Part shown: positions 9,704 to 20,265 of the stretch, piece by piece
Numbering within the stretch: the stretch's first letter is position 1
Layout: each line of letters begins with the position of its first letter
DNA from: a virus
Taxonomy: Duplodnaviria > Heunggongvirae > Uroviricota > Caudoviricetes
Strand: one strand, 5' to 3'
DNA: 64,000 nucleotides
IMG/VR virus record: IMGVR_UViG_3300014038_000199
Made by a program: the position numbers and the translations under genes
Notes under the pieces: model-generated
The model's input: only the letters and a program-made list of their open reading frames with translations
Told to the model about the DNA's origin: nothing
Databases searched by the model: none

Positions 9704-11344
9704 ATGGAGGGTTTGGTTTTGAGCGTAAAGCATCCATTATTATATAACAATATGTATATAAGTGATTTATCTTTGCAAGAGGTAAATAACATAGAACAGG
9801 TAAGAAGTGCGAATAAAATAGATGGCTTAAAAAATATGATTTTTGACTTCCCTTTCGATTTGATAGAAACCAGTATAAGAGAAGATATCAGCATAAGAGA
9901 GGTATTAAAGCAAGAGAATTTAGACTATAGAAAGTTTATAGGGGAGTTAAGAGATTATCAAACAGTAGGAACTGGGTTTTTATATTATTCAAGGCATAGC
10001 ATACTTGGAGATGGAGTTGGTTTAGGTAAGACGGCAGAGATAAGTGCTTTGATAAATTTATTATATCAAAGAAAAGAATTAAAGAGGTTTATTATGGCTG
10101 TAGAAAATTCAGCTATAGCTCAAACTGCTGTAGAATTAACTAGATTTACTGGTTTAAGAGTAGTTTGGTTACAAACTGATTCTGCTAAACTTAAAAGAGC
10201 AATAGAAAAGACAGATTGGGGAAAGGTTACAGGCATTATAATTAAGCATAGTGCTTTGCGTTCAGATGTATTTCAAAGGTGGTTAGCAGAGTATGCTAGA
10301 GAGGATGGAACCAGTGGTTTATATGATACTTTTATATTAGATGAGAGTTCTGTTATAAAGAACAGTAAATCTAAAACTTATACTTATACTAAAAACATAG
10401 CAAACATGGCTAAAAGGGTTCATTTTATGAACGCTACTCCCTTTGATAAGCATATACTTGATATCTACCACCAGCTTAATTTAATGGATGATAATTTATT
10501 GCCATCAGCTTGGAAGATAGAAAAAGAATTTTGTACTCACTCTAATTCTTGTTATTGGATTAAAGAAATGAATGAGTATGGTGTAATGACACCTGTAAGA
10601 AAGCAAAGGTATGATATAAACGGTTATAAGAATCAAGAAAAATTTAAGGAGAGATTAAAGTTAGTTTATTTGGGTAGAGCAAGCAGTATGGTTGGTTTAA
10701 GCAGACCTAATATATACTCAGTTTATACAGTAGAGCCTACTAAAGCTCAGTTAAATGCTATAGAAAATAAGCATAGATACAATGAAGTTTTGAATTGCCC
10801 CAGTTTAATACCCGAGTTAAAATTAGCTACTAATAGAAAAGATGTACCAAAAATAGACCGTTTATGTGATTTAGTACTTAATGAATTTTCTGATAGTAAG
10901 GTTATGGTTTATTGTTTTAATATAGAGGCTCAAGAGGCAATTAAAAAAGAGTTAAATGCTTTAGGCAGAAAGTGTGTCATATTAAACGGTAGAATGACAG
11001 GTGCTAATAAGGATTTAGATAGGCTTAGAATACAAGAAGATTTTAATAACGGAACTTATGATGTTATAATAACTAACATTAAAAAGTCATTGAACTTACA
11101 AGGAGGAGATGTTTGTATTTTTTATAATATGAGTACAACTGTAAGTAGTATGGAGCAAATTAGGGGAAGAATAGATAGAAATACAAATGATAATATAAAG
11201 ACATTTATATTACTGTTGTATGGAAATACTCCTGAATATGACTTTTTTACTCAAACTGTTAAGAAAAGAGCAATGGACAGTAGAGATTTAACTATAGATG
11301 CAAAGACAGCCATAGATTTCTTTATGGATAGTTTAGAGGAATAA
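9704..11344 (+). CDS. SNF2-family helicase/ATPase
   Basis: LRDYQ, DGVGLGKT, ILDESS (non-canonical DExx), NATP, LNLQ, QIRGRIDR. The true start may be TTG at 9719. Confidence 0.85.
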   Translation: MEGLVLSVKHPLLYNNMYISDLSLQEVNNIEQVRSANKIDGLKNMIFDFPFDLIETSIREDISIREVLKQENLDYRKFIGELRDYQTVGTGFLYYSRHSILGDGVGLGKTAEISALINLLYQRKELKRFIMAVENSAIAQTAVELTRFTGLRVVWLQTDSAKLKRAIEKTDWGKVTGIIIKHSALRSDVFQRWLAEYAREDGTSGLYDTFILDESSVIKNSKSKTYTYTKNIANMAKRVHFMNATPFDKHILDIYHQLNLMDDNLLPSAWKIEKEFCTHSNSCYWIKEMNEYGVMTPVRKQRYDINGYKNQEKFKERLKLVYLGRASSMVGLSRPNIYSVYTVEPTKAQLNAIENKHRYNEVLNCPSLIPELKLATNRKDVPKIDRLCDLVLNEFSDSKVMVYCFNIEAQEAIKKELNALGRKCVILNGRMTGANKDLDRLRIQEDFNNGTYDVIITNIKKSLNLQGGDVCIFYNMSTTVSSMEQIRGRIDRNTNDNIKTFILLLYGNTPEYDFFTQTVKKRAMDSRDLTIDAKTAIDFFMDSLEE

Positions 11345-11371
11345 AATTAAGTTTATTTGGAGGCAGATACT

Positions 11372-12288
11372 GTGAAAGGGATATTTGGTGTAGTAGGATT
11401 TAACTTAGAAAAAGCTAAGTATGTGCCTAACAGATTCGAGAAGAGTATTCATAAAGTTCTAAGTTGCAAGGTCGTTAATGTATGTTCTGGTGAAATAACA
11501 GATATGGATATAAATACATTTAATTCAGCTTTAAGTTATGGAAAGATTTTAACCAGTGATGATAGAATTGCTGACTTAGGCAATACAGAAATAGGGTTAC
11601 ATGATACTTCTTTTGATAATGAGTTTTTATATAAAAATTTAGCATACAAAGGTAATTTTAATTATAATTTATATTTAGATAATGAACTTATATCAGAATC
11701 TTGGGCTAAATATTTAGCCTTTTATAATGATTTTAAGTTTAACATAAAAAGACATTTAATATATGATTTGCGCAATAAAGAAATGTTATTACATATATCT
11801 AACGGTAGTGGTTTTATCTATGATTATAGGTATTTAACTGGAAGTATTGAGCAATCTATTCTTTTTGGCTTTTCAACTGCGATAGATGACAGTAATGTAA
11901 GTAGTATAGACTTAGATAAATTTTTTGACTACTATGAAGTTACAGATAATAATGTATTATACATGAATAATCTATGTGAAATTACAGGTAAAACTAGTGG
12001 AGATGTAATAATACATAATAGATGTACTGATTTATACTTAGGTAACTGTTTGTATCCTGAATTAAGAAAATTAATTATACCACCAAGCATAGAAAAAGTA
12101 ACAGGAGTTGTAAATACTTATGGTAGACTAAATATAAAAAAAATATTGAGTTATATCTTAGTCATGGTATACCTAATGATTTGAAATATTTAATCTGTAG
12201 GCATTTATTTGGATCTAATAGGATGTCAACTGATCCTTTAAGTTTCGAAGAGACTTATGGGGGATACTCTAATATACATTTATACTAG
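11372..12288 (+). pseudogene. Paralog-array member frameshifted in an A8 tract (12136-12143)
   Basis: GGAGG + GTG at 11372. Family motifs GDVIIHNRC and IIPPSIEKV. The -1 frame after the A8 tract gives NIELYLSHG...NIHLY* (TAG at 12286-12288), matching the family tail. Confidence 0.7.
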
Positions 12289-12310
12289 TTTAATTTAGGA
12301 GATAGCTAAA

Positions 12311-13192
12311 ATGAGGGATATTTATGCTTTGATAAAAATAAAAGCATGTGAAAGAAGTGATTCTTGTAATAGTGATAATATTGATTCAGACTATATTGAT
12401 TATGATATTCTAGGTTTTGAGTTAGTACACTTAATAAGTGAGAATAGAGTTACTGTAAACAATTGTGATTTAGCTAAATATTTTAGTGATAATACTATTG
12501 TAAACAAAGATGAATGTTTATTAGACTTAATAGGTATCAAATATTGCAGTTCTATCTCTATTTATTTTGCGATATGGAAGGAAGGGATTATACGAAGTGG
12601 ATTGATTTCTTATTCAGTTGAATTAGAGAATGGTTCAAGAATATTAACTCACATGCAATATATTTCTTTAATTAAGCAAGAGGAATTTAGCTTGATTAAA
12701 TGTGTAGCCTATGATTGTAAAAAAGATAGACTTTGTTTGCTTATAGGAGATAGGCGTAAAATTATTCTTGATTGCGGATATTCTGATATGAGCATTGATT
12801 ATATTAATAAAGATTTTTATATTGTTGATAGTTACTTCAGTAGTACTGAAATTCAACAATGTGGTTTAGATTTCAGCGATTTAATACCTAGTTATCAAGA
12901 AGATTCCAATAGTTTAGTTTGCTTAGGAAATATAGCTATATTAACTAATAGTTTATGTGGTGATGTAATAATACCTAGTAATTGTGATACTATAGCAATA
13001 GTTAGCACTGGGGATATAGGCATTGATAGATTAGTGGTGCCTCCAAGCGTAAAAAGAGTAATGGGAGAGTGCAAATTAAGTAAACCAATAGAAATTTATA
13101 TGAGTAAAAAATTGCATGGTGAAATTAAAAATAAACTATGTAAAAGTTTAATTGCTGAAAGGAAATATTATAAGCATATTAAGTTTTATTAA
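12311..13192 (+). CDS. Paralog-array protein with BspA/LRR-like C-terminus
   Basis: ILGFELVHL N-terminal motif, GDVIIPSNC, LVVPPSVKRV, IEIYMSK and the IKFY* tail. Confidence 0.75.
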   Translation: MRDIYALIKIKACERSDSCNSDNIDSDYIDYDILGFELVHLISENRVTVNNCDLAKYFSDNTIVNKDECLLDLIGIKYCSSISIYFAIWKEGIIRSGLISYSVELENGSRILTHMQYISLIKQEEFSLIKCVAYDCKKDRLCLLIGDRRKIILDCGYSDMSIDYINKDFYIVDSYFSSTEIQQCGLDFSDLIPSYQEDSNSLVCLGNIAILTNSLCGDVIIPSNCDTIAIVSTGDIGIDRLVVPPSVKRVMGECKLSKPIEIYMSKKLHGEIKNKLCKSLIAERKYYKHIKFY

Positions 13193-13315
13193 ATTAGTAG
13201 TACAGCTAATAGTATAGTAGATAATATAGTAAATGCCATAAGAGAGGCAGTTAGTGATTATAGTAGGATTGAAGAAACTAGTATAGATTTAAGGTTAAAT
13301 TTGAAATATTATTAA
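13193..13315 (+). pseudogene. Orphan C-terminal tail of a paralog-array gene
   Basis: 40 open codons in frame directly after the stop of 12311..13192 (ISSTANSIVDNIV...LNLKYY*), ending like the other family members. Confidence 0.5.
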
Positions 13316-13393
13316 TTATTATAAAGCTTATATTATGTTTATTAGCCTTTTTATAATTGTAGTGTAAAATTAAATAAAAAGGAGAAATATGTT

Positions 13394-14029
13394 ATGGTAG
13401 AGAAGTATAAGCTTAATAAAAAAGATGCTATAGTTAAAGATGGAGTAAAGCTTTATAGAATCATAAGTCTTATAGATATTCCTAAGATTAGTATTAAAGC
13501 AGGCTCTCTTGGAGGCTATGTATCTGATGAAAATTGCCTTAGCCATTCTGGGTATAGCTGGATATTTGATGGAGCATTTGTAGTGAAATCCAAAGTTTCA
13601 GATAATGCCTTAGTAATGGAAGGCAGTTATGTAAAAGAGGGCTGTAAAATTATTAATGGTTGCATGATAAGTAATTGTTTAATTGAAAATGGTGCAGTTA
13701 TATCTGGTGAAGCTTGCGTTCATACTAATAGTGATTATGAGATTGAGCCTATAGTTGTATCTGATAAAGCAATAGTATCTGGAAACATTCTTATTAATGA
13801 TAAAGCTGAAATTTTAGGAGGAGAGGTTAGGGTAGATTCAGATAGAACATTTGTAATAGGAGATTGCTGTTGCTTGATAAATGCTAAGATAGATAAGCCT
13901 TTTGATTTAGATACAGTTCAGCTATATGAAAAAGATGGTGTATGTGAATGCCAGTATAAAGATGTTAATGGAATTAAGAGGGTCGTGTTAAGCAATACAG
14001 TTGGTTTATTAGAGATAAATATAGATTAA
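13394..14029 (+). CDS. Left-handed beta-helix (hexapeptide-like) protein, phage-type
   Basis: KYKL...LYRIISL...GSLGGYV...LSH.G.SWI N-terminus followed by VSDNALV/ISGEACV/VSDKAIV repeats. Confidence 0.7.
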   Translation: MVEKYKLNKKDAIVKDGVKLYRIISLIDIPKISIKAGSLGGYVSDENCLSHSGYSWIFDGAFVVKSKVSDNALVMEGSYVKEGCKIINGCMISNCLIENGAVISGEACVHTNSDYEIEPIVVSDKAIVSGNILINDKAEILGGEVRVDSDRTFVIGDCCCLINAKIDKPFDLDTVQLYEKDGVCECQYKDVNGIKRVVLSNTVGLLEINID

Positions 14030-14031
14030 GC

Positions 14032-14068
14032 AATAGGCTCTTGGGGTTAATCTCAAGAGCCTATTTTT
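14032..14068 (+). terminator. Rho-independent terminator
   Basis: AATAGGCTCTTG...CAAGAGCCTATT followed by a T tract. Confidence 0.75.
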
Positions 14069-14171
14069 ATGGAGTTAAATTAGTATAGCTTAATATATGG
14101 TAAGATATCCTTTGCTAATAATAAGTAATTTAAGTGCTTAAATTGTTTTAATATTAGATGGAGGGTTTAGA

Positions 14172-15128
14172 ATGGATTGGATTAAAGGTAAGAGATATTG
14201 TATTCCTGTAGTACTAAATTTAGATGGCAGTAGTTTAGGTAATTGTAGGGGTTATGCTACTTATAGGATTAAGAGTATTAAAATAGCTAATATAAAAACA
14301 TTAGAAATATATGAACTTAGTATAGAAGATTTTGAAAAAAGTAATTTATCTTATAAATTAACTAGAAAAACTCAAATAATGTGTAAGAACAGGCATTTTT
14401 ATTTAAGAATGGATAGTGGGTATGGTATAGATTATGCTAGGGTAGATGAAATAAATGATATCTATGCTATTGAAATAGATAATACAACAATTCTAAACAA
14501 AAGAATTGCATTAGCTGTAATAGATAGCAATATTGTTTTATTAAAAATAAAATATGTCAGCTCTTCTAGGAAAATGGTTGTTGAGCATTCTAACATTAGT
14601 AATACTATTGATATAGAGTATAAAGCTATAGAGTTAAAAAGGCAATTATCTAAAGACTTAGAGGTTTTTGCTAGCGTACTTACTCTTATGCCATTGCCTG
14701 TAATAAAGTTAAATGAGTATGCTGAAAGTACTTCAAGTATAATAAATATTCATGGAATTGATTTAATAGACTTAAAGGCAGTATCAGATAATCTTATAAT
14801 ACCTAACGATTGTAATGAATTAGTAATATACAGTACTAGTGAGGCTAAACTATTAAAGACAGTTATTATATCGCCTAATGTAAGTAAAATAACATGGAAA
14901 GCTAAACATAGTTCTTTTGAGAGCATAATATTGACTAAAAAAGTAAAAGTAACTGCATTAAAAACTTTCCTAGTAAGCTTTATTAAAAATACAGTTTATA
15001 CTCATGGGGTAGATTTTAATTTTGAGTCTGTATTGAATAAATGTAAAACAGTAAATGATATTCTGAACTCAAGTATAGATGGTGATAGAAGTATTAAAAA
15101 AAGATTTAATATAAAATTATTGGAGTAA
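14172..15128 (+). CDS. Paralog-array protein
   Basis: IKIANIKTLEI, NLIIPNDCNEL, VIISPNVSKI, NIKLLE*. Confidence 0.7.
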   Translation: MDWIKGKRYCIPVVLNLDGSSLGNCRGYATYRIKSIKIANIKTLEIYELSIEDFEKSNLSYKLTRKTQIMCKNRHFYLRMDSGYGIDYARVDEINDIYAIEIDNTTILNKRIALAVIDSNIVLLKIKYVSSSRKMVVEHSNISNTIDIEYKAIELKRQLSKDLEVFASVLTLMPLPVIKLNEYAESTSSIINIHGIDLIDLKAVSDNLIIPNDCNELVIYSTSEAKLLKTVIISPNVSKITWKAKHSSFESIILTKKVKVTALKTFLVSFIKNTVYTHGVDFNFESVLNKCKTVNDILNSSIDGDRSIKKRFNIKLLE

Positions 15129-15136
15129 TCAAGTTT

Positions 15137-16021
15137 ATGTGGGTAGTATGCGGTGTTGTAGCTTATAGAGATTTTAGAGAAGAGGATAAAGCTGTTCCAG
15201 TTATGGGGTTTAAGCTAGTTAATCTTGAAAATGGTAGTTTTAACCAGATTAGTTTGAGTAGATTAGTTAATAACAAGTTAAAAGATGTATGTATGCCATT
15301 AAATTTAATAGATACTATAGAGAGATGGAAAAGAGGAGATGGTGAAGCTAAGCTTTGTGTTAGTAGGGATTGTTTATTATTTAGGAAAGACTCTAAGTGG
15401 GTAGGTTTATATATTAAAATGCCTGTGTATAATAAAGATGGTTCTTTTTATTTTTATGACGGTCCACTCTTTAGGTTAAATGACATAGATGAGGGAATAG
15501 GTGTATACATAGATCTTTATAATGAAGATATAAAGTACATATATAAGGGATGTGACATAGAAACAGGTTTATTTACTGGTTCAGACTATATTGAAACTGA
15601 TAAAAACAGAAAATTTGGTTTGGGTAACTGTGTGGAGTTGGAATATAGAACTAACATAACAAGTTTATGGAAAAGAGAAGGCATTATAGAGAAATTAGGA
15701 GATTACATTTGCAGATTAGATTGTTCAAATAGAGGGGCTGCTAGAATATTAAGAGGTTTTACCTTTGCTGAAGTTAAAGGGTGTTGTAATGCTAAATTAT
15801 TTTTGCCAAAGACATTGACCCATCTAAGTGTAATAGGAGAAACTGTACCTGAAAATGTAATTTTGAGTGTAGATAAAGATACACCTAATTCCAATATAAT
15901 ATCTATAGTAAAATCCTTTCTTAAAAATCAAGCAAATAATAAAGAGATAGAAGCAATAAGAGATATAAATAGTTTATTCGTTTTATGTAAAAAGTACAAT
16001 ACTAGACTGGTGATAGAATAA
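15137..16021 (+). CDS. Paralog-array protein (divergent)
   Basis: VCGVV...VMGFKLVNLENG and LFLPKTLTHL. Confidence 0.65.
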   Translation: MWVVCGVVAYRDFREEDKAVPVMGFKLVNLENGSFNQISLSRLVNNKLKDVCMPLNLIDTIERWKRGDGEAKLCVSRDCLLFRKDSKWVGLYIKMPVYNKDGSFYFYDGPLFRLNDIDEGIGVYIDLYNEDIKYIYKGCDIETGLFTGSDYIETDKNRKFGLGNCVELEYRTNITSLWKREGIIEKLGDYICRLDCSNRGAARILRGFTFAEVKGCCNAKLFLPKTLTHLSVIGETVPENVILSVDKDTPNSNIISIVKSFLKNQANNKEIEAIRDINSLFVLCKKYNTRLVIE

Positions 16022-16022
16022 A

Positions 16023-16847
16023 ATGAAAGAGTATGCAGTAATAGGTGTAATAGTAGATAAGGAAACTAAGGTTATTACAACAAGAAATACAAATGTGTTC
16101 AGATATAAGATAGTAGGATATAAATTAGTCAGTGTAAAAACGGGTCATATAATAGACGTAGAAAAAGACAAATTGGATTACTATGAAGATATTTTCTTAA
16201 ACTGTGGTTATTATGTAAAAGACTATTCATTTGTTGATTATAACTATAGAGAAAATAAAACAAGATTAAGCTGTCATTATAATGGAGATTGTAAGTATGC
16301 AGTATATGATACTACAGACAATTTACTTGTATTAGAACATAGATATAAGGTTTTGATTAACGATTACTCAGGTTTTAAGTTGATTTATGATTATAAGAAT
16401 AAGACCTTAGAGGTAAGTTATAAGATTGTAAAGTCAATAAGTATACTGTTAAGTACTTGTAAACCTTATGACATTGATGATGTATATGGTGCTAATTATG
16501 TAAAAGAAATGATAAATATTAAAAGTTTATATGGAATACAAATTACGGAAGATTGCTTAGTGGAGTATGGTAAGTTATGTATATTAGATAAACCTTTTAT
16601 CAAGGGTAAATCAAATGAGAGCACAATAATACCAAGCAACTGTACTAATTTAGTAATAAATGCTTATAGTAATATTTCAAACATTAGCATTATTATTCCG
16701 CCTAGTTTAGAGAGGTTAAAAATATATGGTAGTTTAAGGCATAATAAAATGACTGTATACTTAAGTAATAAATTAGCAGATAGGAGCAAATTTTTTATAT
16801 TAAAAGAATTAGGTAAAGCAGAGGTTAAAGATATAAAATATTATTAG
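16023..16847 (+). CDS. Paralog-array protein
   Basis: VIGVIV...IVGYKLVSVKTGHI, TIIPSNCTNL, IIIPPSLERL, VYLSNK, DIKYY*. Confidence 0.75.
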   Translation: MKEYAVIGVIVDKETKVITTRNTNVFRYKIVGYKLVSVKTGHIIDVEKDKLDYYEDIFLNCGYYVKDYSFVDYNYRENKTRLSCHYNGDCKYAVYDTTDNLLVLEHRYKVLINDYSGFKLIYDYKNKTLEVSYKIVKSISILLSTCKPYDIDDVYGANYVKEMINIKSLYGIQITEDCLVEYGKLCILDKPFIKGKSNESTIIPSNCTNLVINAYSNISNISIIIPPSLERLKIYGSLRHNKMTVYLSNKLADRSKFFILKELGKAEVKDIKYY

Positions 16848-16857
16848 AGGGAGGAGT

Positions 16858-17790
16858 ATGAATAGGTTATTTGTATATGGAACATTAAAATCAAAAGAAG
16901 TACAGAAAAAGCTTTTAGGTCATGCTTTAGACTCATATAAGGCTACTCTCTACGGTTACTCTATAAATAAAGCAGAAGAATATTATAATGCTGTTAAAAG
17001 TAATGGTAGCTTTATTAAAGGAGAAGTATTGCTTGTAAGTTCAAATGATTTATTAAGAATAGACCAATGGGAAGAAGTGCCACTATATTTGAAAGAGAAA
17101 GTAACAGTTCAGACTACTTCGGGTAGGGAGTTTGCTTATATTTATCTTAAGAAAGACAAAGAAAATAGTATTGAATTAGTGGATAGTATAACAGCCTTAT
17201 CTAATTCAGATGACTTAGATTTATCAGTTACTGATTTTATTAAGAATAGAGATACAAGTTACCCTGTAAGTGATGTTTACTTGCAATATAAAATAAAAGC
17301 TACAGGTAAATTCAGTAATAAAGATTTGATAGCTGATAAAATAAATTCTTTTACTGGTGAAAATAATACTTATTATTTAAGAAAAGCAATAATAGAAGAT
17401 TATACTATTAGTTTATATGCAACTTTAGATTTAGATGGAAATGGTATATTAACAATAGCAATGCCTGTATGCTACTTTAATCCTTATGAATTATGGGATA
17501 AAGCATTCAACAATAATTTAAGGTTAGATAATAATGTTTTAGATATTTACTTAAAGCACACACATGGCATAGAATTATTGAGTTTGCCTAGGATTTTTAT
17601 ATTTTCTTGTAAAGATTTTACGGAGGCACAAAGAACAAAGTTGTTTTCAGTTAATGCAAGTAAAAAGATATCTTCTAAAAATCTTATAGGAGATGTTGAT
17701 AATTCTAATATTATGACTAATGTACCTAAAGAATTTAAGACTTGCTATTTGGATAGGTTAGAACAGCAGTTGCTTTTTATATTTTCATAG
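16858..17790 (+). CDS. Gamma-glutamylcyclotransferase (GGCT/AIG2-like) domain protein with C-terminal extension
   Basis: LFVYGTLK, IKGEV, RIDQWE...Y and AYIY motifs. Confidence 0.8.
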   Translation: MNRLFVYGTLKSKEVQKKLLGHALDSYKATLYGYSINKAEEYYNAVKSNGSFIKGEVLLVSSNDLLRIDQWEEVPLYLKEKVTVQTTSGREFAYIYLKKDKENSIELVDSITALSNSDDLDLSVTDFIKNRDTSYPVSDVYLQYKIKATGKFSNKDLIADKINSFTGENNTYYLRKAIIEDYTISLYATLDLDGNGILTIAMPVCYFNPYELWDKAFNNNLRLDNNVLDIYLKHTHGIELLSLPRIFIFSCKDFTEAQRTKLFSVNASKKISSKNLIGDVDNSNIMTNVPKEFKTCYLDRLEQQLLFIFS

Positions 17791-17804
17791 TTTAGGGGTG
17801 TGAT

Positions 17805-18878
17805 ATGGACTTAGGTTTAGATGGAGTAACTAGGGAGAATATGTCAATAGCAGGTTTGTATGTGGATAGAAATAACCCTGTAGAAACATTAACTTTCAGT
17901 AATTACAGGAACTTCAGTAAATTCAAATTATATAATATTGAGAAAGTTAAGCTGTGTTACTTTCCAAGTTTTGAGATAATAGATGTAAGTTTATCAGAGT
18001 TTATGGAGTTTTATAAAAGTACAGATACAAACAGTGATTTATATAAAAGGAGCAGATTAAATATAGATGGAAGTAAGATTATTCTTAATTGCATTAAAGT
18101 TTGTATAGAGTCTGATATTTATGATACTACATATTCTTACAGATGTCATTCTTATAGTGGAGGCTTATGTGTGCATTACTTAACTGATTTAGGGCATATC
18201 TGTATTTTTGATATGAATACAGGTATGCCTTTAAAAGAGGCTGATTATGTTCAATTCGCAGTTAATGTAGTTAAAGGTTTATTTTATTCTTCCAAGTTAA
18301 ATAAGCTTATTTTTAGCTATAATATACTTAATTATTTTGGTTTAAGCGAAAGGCATTCTCTTAATAGAGTAGAAATAGCTAGGCTAAATGGAGAACCTAA
18401 TCATTCTACAGTAAATAGTAAGGTACCTATATTATCTCGCACAACTTTAGATAAATTTGTAGAATATTCTAATGGTTTTACTATTCTTTTAGATACCTGT
18501 GCTTTTAATTTGGAAAAGAATGAAGATGTAGTCATAGTCAATCAAGGTTGTAGAGAGTTGTACATAAAAAGCAATGGAGATTATATAATAAATAATTTGG
18601 TGTTAAATAAAAATATAGAGAATATAAAGGTTAATGGTAATTTTTCAGTAAAAAACTTATATTACAGCAAAGACATTAAAAATAGCATAGTGATTTTTAA
18701 GATTGTAAGGTATGCAATATCAACTTATGCATTGATACCTCGTAAGAACTATATGAATAAGTTAGAGCAATTAATAGATATGAATAACTTATATGGTTTA
18801 GCTAATTGTGAGTTTGAGAAAGAAGATGGTAGCATATTAATACTCAAAGATTTAATTAACATACAAACAATAGATTAG
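17805..18878 (+). CDS. Paralog-array protein (divergent)
   Basis: VVIVNQGCRELYI, LVLNKNIENI, LYYSKD, INIQTID*. Confidence 0.65.
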   Translation: MDLGLDGVTRENMSIAGLYVDRNNPVETLTFSNYRNFSKFKLYNIEKVKLCYFPSFEIIDVSLSEFMEFYKSTDTNSDLYKRSRLNIDGSKIILNCIKVCIESDIYDTTYSYRCHSYSGGLCVHYLTDLGHICIFDMNTGMPLKEADYVQFAVNVVKGLFYSSKLNKLIFSYNILNYFGLSERHSLNRVEIARLNGEPNHSTVNSKVPILSRTTLDKFVEYSNGFTILLDTCAFNLEKNEDVVIVNQGCRELYIKSNGDYIINNLVLNKNIENIKVNGNFSVKNLYYSKDIKNSIVIFKIVRYAISTYALIPRKNYMNKLEQLIDMNNLYGLANCEFEKEDGSILILKDLINIQTID

Positions 18879-18886
18879 GAGAAAAT

Positions 18887-19669
18887 ATGCTTTATAAATT
18901 AGCTAATTTATTGGATATTGAGAATACAGTAATAGGTTTTAAGTGTTTTGACTTAGATAATTTATCAGTAGTAGATTTAACTGTAGATGAATATAATTCT
19001 ATAGAAGAGTGCAATAAGTTTAATAAAATACAAGATAAAGAGATGTTAGTTTATAGGGATAGCAAATGGGGATTATCAGCAGATAAAACCTTAGATAAGC
19101 AATATTTTTATATAGGAAGTTTTGATTTACCAATAGGTGTGTGCTTGCATATTTTTATTGAGGTTTCCACTGAAAAAACTATATTGACTGTGAGCCTTCT
19201 TGCTGATTTATATTTTGATATTATTTCTTGTGAAACTTTTAGAGCATTTGATAATGCACCAATGTGTACTTTATTAAGTTTTAAGTGCCAAAGCATAACC
19301 TATTATAAGATACCTTATTCTTTTGAATACCATGATGACATAAGTATTTATAAAGAAACAGGTAATATAGCTACTTTAGGAGATTATTTTTATTACTATA
19401 CTATTGAAAGTGATATTAATAGCTTTATTACCATACCAAGTAATTGCAGGTATTTGATATTGAATTTTGTATATTTTAATATACACTCACTTAAAGTAGT
19501 ACTACCTAAAGATTTACAGTATATAAAGTTTTATAATTATTCTGTTGTTGCTGTGTATTTAGATATAAGCATAACTTTTTATATAAGTAAGAATTCAGTT
19601 TATTTGGAGGATTTAAGAAGTGAAATAGATGGCGTTTTCAGTTCGAGAGTAAATATTGAGTTGTATTAA
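18887..19669 (+). CDS. Paralog-array protein
   Basis: VIGFKCFDLDNL, ITIPSNCRYL, VVLPKDLQYI, ITFYISK, NIELY*. Confidence 0.75.
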   Translation: MLYKLANLLDIENTVIGFKCFDLDNLSVVDLTVDEYNSIEECNKFNKIQDKEMLVYRDSKWGLSADKTLDKQYFYIGSFDLPIGVCLHIFIEVSTEKTILTVSLLADLYFDIISCETFRAFDNAPMCTLLSFKCQSITYYKIPYSFEYHDDISIYKETGNIATLGDYFYYYTIESDINSFITIPSNCRYLILNFVYFNIHSLKVVLPKDLQYIKFYNYSVVAVYLDISITFYISKNSVYLEDLRSEIDGVFSSRVNIELY

Positions 19670-19748
19670 AATAAGATTTAAGTGGTGTTAAGTTACTGTT
19701 AGTTGTATGTGATTGAGCTAGTTTTGTTAATAAAGTAAAGGAGGAATT

Positions 19749-20264
19749 ATGGGATTCTTATTTTTAGGTTTATGTGTAAAAGATGATAACAGTGCTGAAA
19801 GTGCTTTAGTAGTAAATTTTTATGCTGGATTAGGCAATCATAGAAATGGTGCAATTTTAGAAAACATAAGTTTAAGAAGTTTAGGCAGACTAAGCAATGA
19901 TGGGTTGGTATTTTTACCTGAAATGTTTGGTTTTGCTATAAAAGATACTGACATGATGAAAAATCTTATAGAGTTTTTTAGATATAGCAAGCATGGATTG
20001 CATTATGATAGTGGTACTAAAGAAATATATGACTCTATGGGAAATAAAGTACCTTATTTTGGATATGTAGTTAATGTAAAATCTCCTGTTAGAGATTTAA
20101 TTAATCTTGCTATAGCTCCCATAAATGGGGAAGAAGCTCTCAAAATAGATATCAATAATGAAATGTTAAATTATGATAAAGTTAACATTTCAGATTTAGA
20201 TGAGAGATATAAAGTTTATAAGGTATCAGAAGAGGCTTACCGTAGTTTATTTGAGGAAAATTAG
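19749..20264 (+). CDS. Hypothetical protein
   Basis: AAGGAGG RBS, 171-aa ORF. Confidence 0.7.
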   Translation: MGFLFLGLCVKDDNSAESALVVNFYAGLGNHRNGAILENISLRSLGRLSNDGLVFLPEMFGFAIKDTDMMKNLIEFFRYSKHGLHYDSGTKEIYDSMGNKVPYFGYVVNVKSPVRDLINLAIAPINGEEALKIDINNEMLNYDKVNISDLDERYKVYKVSEEAYRSLFEEN

Positions 20265-20265
20265 A

